Below are positions 46,552 through 50,099 of a stretch of 50,099 bases of DNA, one piece after another; positions within the stretch are counted from its first letter, which is position 1; every line of letters begins with the position of its first letter. The notes below the pieces were generated by a model. The model did no database searches. It was given only the letters and a program-made list of their open reading frames with translations, and was not told where the DNA came from. A program made the translations under genes and the position numbers. The DNA lies in contig JANRLX010000074.1 of NCBI GenBank assembly GCA_033762115.1, positions 1-50,099 of the forward strand. Reading direction: 5' to 3'. The stretch comes from Verrucomicrobiota bacterium (GTDB lineage: Bacteria > Verrucomicrobiota > Verrucomicrobiia > Limisphaerales > SXQI01).

Positions 46552-48417
46552 ATGGATGTGACCAAACGAGTTGCCATTCCGGCGACATCGACGGAGGCGA
46601 CGTTAAGGGGAGAGGACTCATCTTCCAGAACTTCCGAGCCCGGTGGTATAAAATCTCCTTCCCGGCTGAGACGTGCCCTGGCTTTTGCCTTTCCTTATAG
46701 ACGCGCAGTTCTTGCAATTCTTGTCATCACCCTGTTTCTTGCGGCAATTAATGCAGCCGAGCCTCTCGTCCTGAAATATATTTTCGATGACCTTGCTGAT
46801 GGGGGGGATCTCGAAGCCTTGATTCATGGAGTCTTGCTCCTGCTTGGCCTTGGAGTCATCCGCGAATTTGCCTCCGCAGGCTCAAATTGGCTGACCTGGC
46901 ATACAAGGTTAGGGCTTCATTATGCTTTGTTGGAGGCCACTGTTGAGCGCCTCCATCGGCTGCCTCTCAGCTTGCAACGCAGTGAGGGAGTGGGCGCGAT
47001 CATTGCCAAGTTGGACCGCGGAATTCAGGGGTTCATCAATGCCGTTTCGCAAATCCTGTTTAACGTTTTTCCAGCACTCCTTTACCTCGGTATTTCCATA
47101 TTTATCATGATTGACCTCAATTGGCGGCTGGCCGCGATGGTCCTTTGCTTTGCTCCTTTGCCTGCAATTATCGCCGCCTTTGCAGCTCCTGAGCAGGTCA
47201 GGCGCGAACGGTCGCTAATGGATCAATGGGCGAAAATTTACTCCAGGTTTAATGAAGTGCTTTCCGGAATCGTGACGGTTCGCAGTTTTGCGATGGAAGA
47301 TGCGGAAAAAAAAAGATTTTTAAAAGAAGTCGGAGAGGCCAACAGGGTTGTTGTTAAAGGCGTTGGGCTGGACACGGGATTTAGCGCAGCCACCAATATG
47401 GTGATCACTCTGGCCCGTATTGCAGCCACAGGAATGGGAGGTTACTACATTCTTCGGGGTGAAATAACCGTCGGGACTTTAGTTGCTTTCCTGGGCTACG
47501 TCGGAGGGTTGTTTGGTCCCGTTCAGGGATTGAGCGGGATTTATCAAACAGTTCAAAAGGCCACTGTCTCGCTCGATGAAATTTTCAGTATTTTGGATGT
47601 CCAGGAACATCTAGGCGATTCCCCTGATGCCCAGGAAATAACCAATGTTCGTGGACACGTGGTTTTTGAGTCAGTCAAATTCAATTATGAATTGAGAGAG
47701 CGACCGTTGCTGGATGGCATCAATTTAAATGTCACACCCGGGCAAACAGTGGCGATCGTTGGCCCCAGCGGGTCTGGTAAAACAACTTTGATGGCGTTGC
47801 TCATGCGTTTCTATGATCCCAAACAGGGAAGAATACTGCTTGATGGGATGGATCTTCGGAAATTGAAACAAAGCTCCCTGCGCAAAAATATCGGCGTGGT
47901 TTTGCAAGACCCTCTTTTGTTCAACGACACAGTCAGAAACAATATCGCTTATGGTCGGCCAAATGCATCCAGGGCAGAGGTGGAAACGGCAGCAAAGGCG
48001 GCCAACGCCCATGATTTTATCATGCACCTGCCAGACAAATACGAAACGGTGGTGGGCGAGAGGGGGAGTCGTTTATCAGTGGGGGAACGTCAACGGGTGA
48101 CTATTGCAAGAGCCTTGATCAAAAACCCACCCATAATCATTCTCGATGAAGCCACCTCAGCGCTGGATGCGGAATCTGAAGGTTTGGTGCAGGATGCGCT
48201 GGATCGCTTGATGAAAGGAAGAACGACATTTGTGATTGCACATCGCCTTTCCACGGTGGTGCACGCAGACAAAATTATTGTTCTTAAGGACGGGCTTATT
48301 GCTGAATTTGGAAGCCACAATGAGTTAATGGAACTGAACGGATATTACGCCACCCTGGTTCATCGGCAGACACGTGGCCTTTTACGAAATGAGGGAGAAC
48401 CCGCGCTGAACTGCTGA
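46552..48417 (+). CDS. ABC exporter, fused TMD-NBD (MsbA/Sav1866 type)
   Basis: N-terminal TM domain; GPSGSGKT, LSVGERQR, ILDEATSALD, IAHRLST. Confidence 0.94.
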   Translation: MDVTKRVAIPATSTEATLRGEDSSSRTSEPGGIKSPSRLRRALAFAFPYRRAVLAILVITLFLAAINAAEPLVLKYIFDDLADGGDLEALIHGVLLLLGLGVIREFASAGSNWLTWHTRLGLHYALLEATVERLHRLPLSLQRSEGVGAIIAKLDRGIQGFINAVSQILFNVFPALLYLGISIFIMIDLNWRLAAMVLCFAPLPAIIAAFAAPEQVRRERSLMDQWAKIYSRFNEVLSGIVTVRSFAMEDAEKKRFLKEVGEANRVVVKGVGLDTGFSAATNMVITLARIAATGMGGYYILRGEITVGTLVAFLGYVGGLFGPVQGLSGIYQTVQKATVSLDEIFSILDVQEHLGDSPDAQEITNVRGHVVFESVKFNYELRERPLLDGINLNVTPGQTVAIVGPSGSGKTTLMALLMRFYDPKQGRILLDGMDLRKLKQSSLRKNIGVVLQDPLLFNDTVRNNIAYGRPNASRAEVETAAKAANAHDFIMHLPDKYETVVGERGSRLSVGERQRVTIARALIKNPPIIILDEATSALDAESEGLVQDALDRLMKGRTTFVIAHRLSTVVHADKIIVLKDGLIAEFGSHNELMELNGYYATLVHRQTRGLLRNEGEPALNC

Positions 48418-48506
48418 TGCGAGCGACATTTAGTTGCTTTTAATGCACAGCCTTCCAAGTGAATTTCCGCTTTGCCTTGCAGTCAAAAAAGAATATGAGA
48501 AGTCCC

Positions 48507-49796
48507 ATGCGCGCCCTGACCTATCTTTCCCTGGTTTTGGTTTTGATTTCTTCCCGACTATTCGCTGCCACACCCGAGCAGGGATTTACCTCGTTGTTCG
48601 ATGGTGAATCGCTCAAGGGGTGGACATTGATTGGCAAGAACGGTCAGGGATATGTGATCAAGGATGGAGTATTGATCTGCCCAAAGGATGGCGGAGGCAA
48701 TCTGTTCACGGAGCGTCAATACACAAACTTCATTTTTCGATTTGAGTTCAAGCTGGATGATGGCTCGAACAACGGCCTTGGAATCCGCGCTCCTCTGGAA
48801 GGAGATGCCGCTTATCTGGGAATGGAGATTCAAATTTTAGATGATACTGCGACAAAGTGGGGCAAGCTTCGGGATGTCCAGTATCATGGAGGAATCTATG
48901 ATGTGTTCCCGCCAAAACGGGGCGCGTTAAAAAAAATCGGCGAATGGAACGAGGAGGAAGTGATTGCAGATGGTCGCAGGATCAAAGTCATCCTGAACGG
49001 ACAGGTCATTGTTGATGCGGATATCAATTCCGTCAATGATCCCGTCACTATCGCAAAGCATCCGGGCTTATTCCGAGCAGCTGGTCATATCGGGTTTCTT
49101 GGCCACAACGAATATGTCGAATTTCGTAATCTTCGGATCAAGGAACTTCCTTCTGAAACAGCAGAGAATACACCTCCTCAAGGCTTTACCGCACTTTTCA
49201 ATGGGAAAGATCTGACTGGGTGGAAAGGGTTGGTGGCCGATCCGTTGAAACGCGCCAAAATGTCAATGGAAGAGCTGGCCAGGGAACAAGCCAAGGCGGA
49301 TGAGCGGATGCGTGCCCACTGGAAAGTGGAAAATGGAACTCTTGTTTTTGATGGAAAGGGAGACAGCCTTTGCAGCGCCAAAGATTTTGCTGATTTTGAA
49401 CTGCTCGTGGATTGGAAAATTAAGGAAAAGGGAGACAGTGGAATTTATCTCCGTGGGAGCCCGCAAGTTCAAATCTGGGATCGTAATGATGAAAAGCCGA
49501 ATCCAAAACGGCTGGGCTCAGGCGGTCTTTACAATAACCAGAAGAACCCGAGCGGCCCTCTTCTCAATGCAGATAATCCCATTGGGGAGTGGAACCGTTT
49601 TCGCATTATAATGGTCGGAGAAAAAGTCCATGTTTTCCTCAATGAACAGTTGGTGGTTAACAATACGACATTGGAAAATTACTGGGATCGCAATCAACCC
49701 ATCTTTCCATTTGGTCAAATTGAGTTGCAGAACCACGGGAATACCCTTTGGTTTAAAAATATTTACATTCGGGAAATTCAACCCCCTGCACGTTAA
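48507..49796 (+). CDS. Exported tandem DUF1080 (3-keto-disaccharide hydrolase-like) protein
   Basis: Signal peptide; two repeats of LF.G..L.GW..(N/D)(N/S)G..QI.D..GEWN..H...F.N..I.E; start uncertain (48459-48507). Confidence 0.9.
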   Translation: MRALTYLSLVLVLISSRLFAATPEQGFTSLFDGESLKGWTLIGKNGQGYVIKDGVLICPKDGGGNLFTERQYTNFIFRFEFKLDDGSNNGLGIRAPLEGDAAYLGMEIQILDDTATKWGKLRDVQYHGGIYDVFPPKRGALKKIGEWNEEEVIADGRRIKVILNGQVIVDADINSVNDPVTIAKHPGLFRAAGHIGFLGHNEYVEFRNLRIKELPSETAENTPPQGFTALFNGKDLTGWKGLVADPLKRAKMSMEELAREQAKADERMRAHWKVENGTLVFDGKGDSLCSAKDFADFELLVDWKIKEKGDSGIYLRGSPQVQIWDRNDEKPNPKRLGSGGLYNNQKNPSGPLLNADNPIGEWNRFRIIMVGEKVHVFLNEQLVVNNTTLENYWDRNQPIFPFGQIELQNHGNTLWFKNIYIREIQPPAR

Positions 49797-49846
49797 GTGC
49801 GTTCCTCACATCAACCCGGCTGGAGAATCTAAATCGCTTCGCCGGA

Positions 49847-50099
49847 ATGAATGATGTTCCGCACATCGTTCTCATTTCAATTGGAACTGATGGTGACATC
49901 TACCCCTTTCTGAGTTTGGGGGAGGCCTTAGTAAAACGTGGTTTTCGAGTGACGCTCGCCACTCATGAGCACTTTGCCCAAAATACCCGCGACCTGGGCC
50001 TTGGTTTTCTCTCAATCGTCAGCAACTCAGAAACCGCGGAGCTTCTGCAAAACCCTGATTTTTGGCATCCTTTAAAAGGGCCATTGTTTATTGCCCGGT
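49847..50099 (+). CDS. GT-B glycosyltransferase (GT1/RhlB-like), N-terminal part (cut by window edge)
   Basis: Manual translation MNDVPHIVLISIGTDGDIYPFLSLGEALVKRGFRVTLAT..NPDFWHP; not in the ORF track. Confidence 0.85.
   Translation, partial: MNDVPHIVLISIGTDGDIYPFLSLGEALVKRGFRVTLATHEHFAQNTRDLGLGFLSIVSNSETAELLQNPDFWHPLKGPLFIAR

Noticed and set aside
1..50099. CRISPR arrays, transposases, prophage or known defence genes
   Set aside because: None recognised; intergenic gaps are short and show no repeat arrays by eye

Overview
Bacterial chromosomal DNA, most likely Verrucomicrobiota (an inference from gene families, gene order and the scarcity of Shine-Dalgarno sites; not confirmed by a search). 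Bases 1-22214 hold two flagellar operons: flhB'-flhA-flhF-orf-fliA-motAB-orf and flgBC-fliEFGHIJ-motE-fliK-flgD-flgE-fliLMNOPQ. They are separated by a HIT-phoH-ybeY-recO housekeeping block. Next come a glycosyltransferase-PHP fusion, mscS, purSQL-purF, a LarA-family racemase and a zinc peptidase. A signalling island follows at 32711-39071: HDOD divergent from cheX, a REC/pseudo-REC/STAS protein, a Pro-rich exported protein, a TPR protein, flgN-like and a sigma54 activator. The rest is galK, small membrane genes, ruvC, tRNA-Pro(GGG), HAD/TPR/Rieske genes, an uncharacterised PRTase/kinase-like protein, an ABC exporter, a tandem DUF1080 protein and a partial glycosyltransferase. The strongest non-coding signal is a readable flagellar regulatory cascade. 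Sigma54 promoters with IHF-like sites lie ahead of the fliA-motAB and flgB operons. Two back-to-back sigma28 promoters tie the HDOD/CheX/REC-STAS island to the flagellar regulon, making it a candidate non-canonical motor-control system. No mobile element, prophage or CRISPR array was seen. All protein calls are by motif recognition only.
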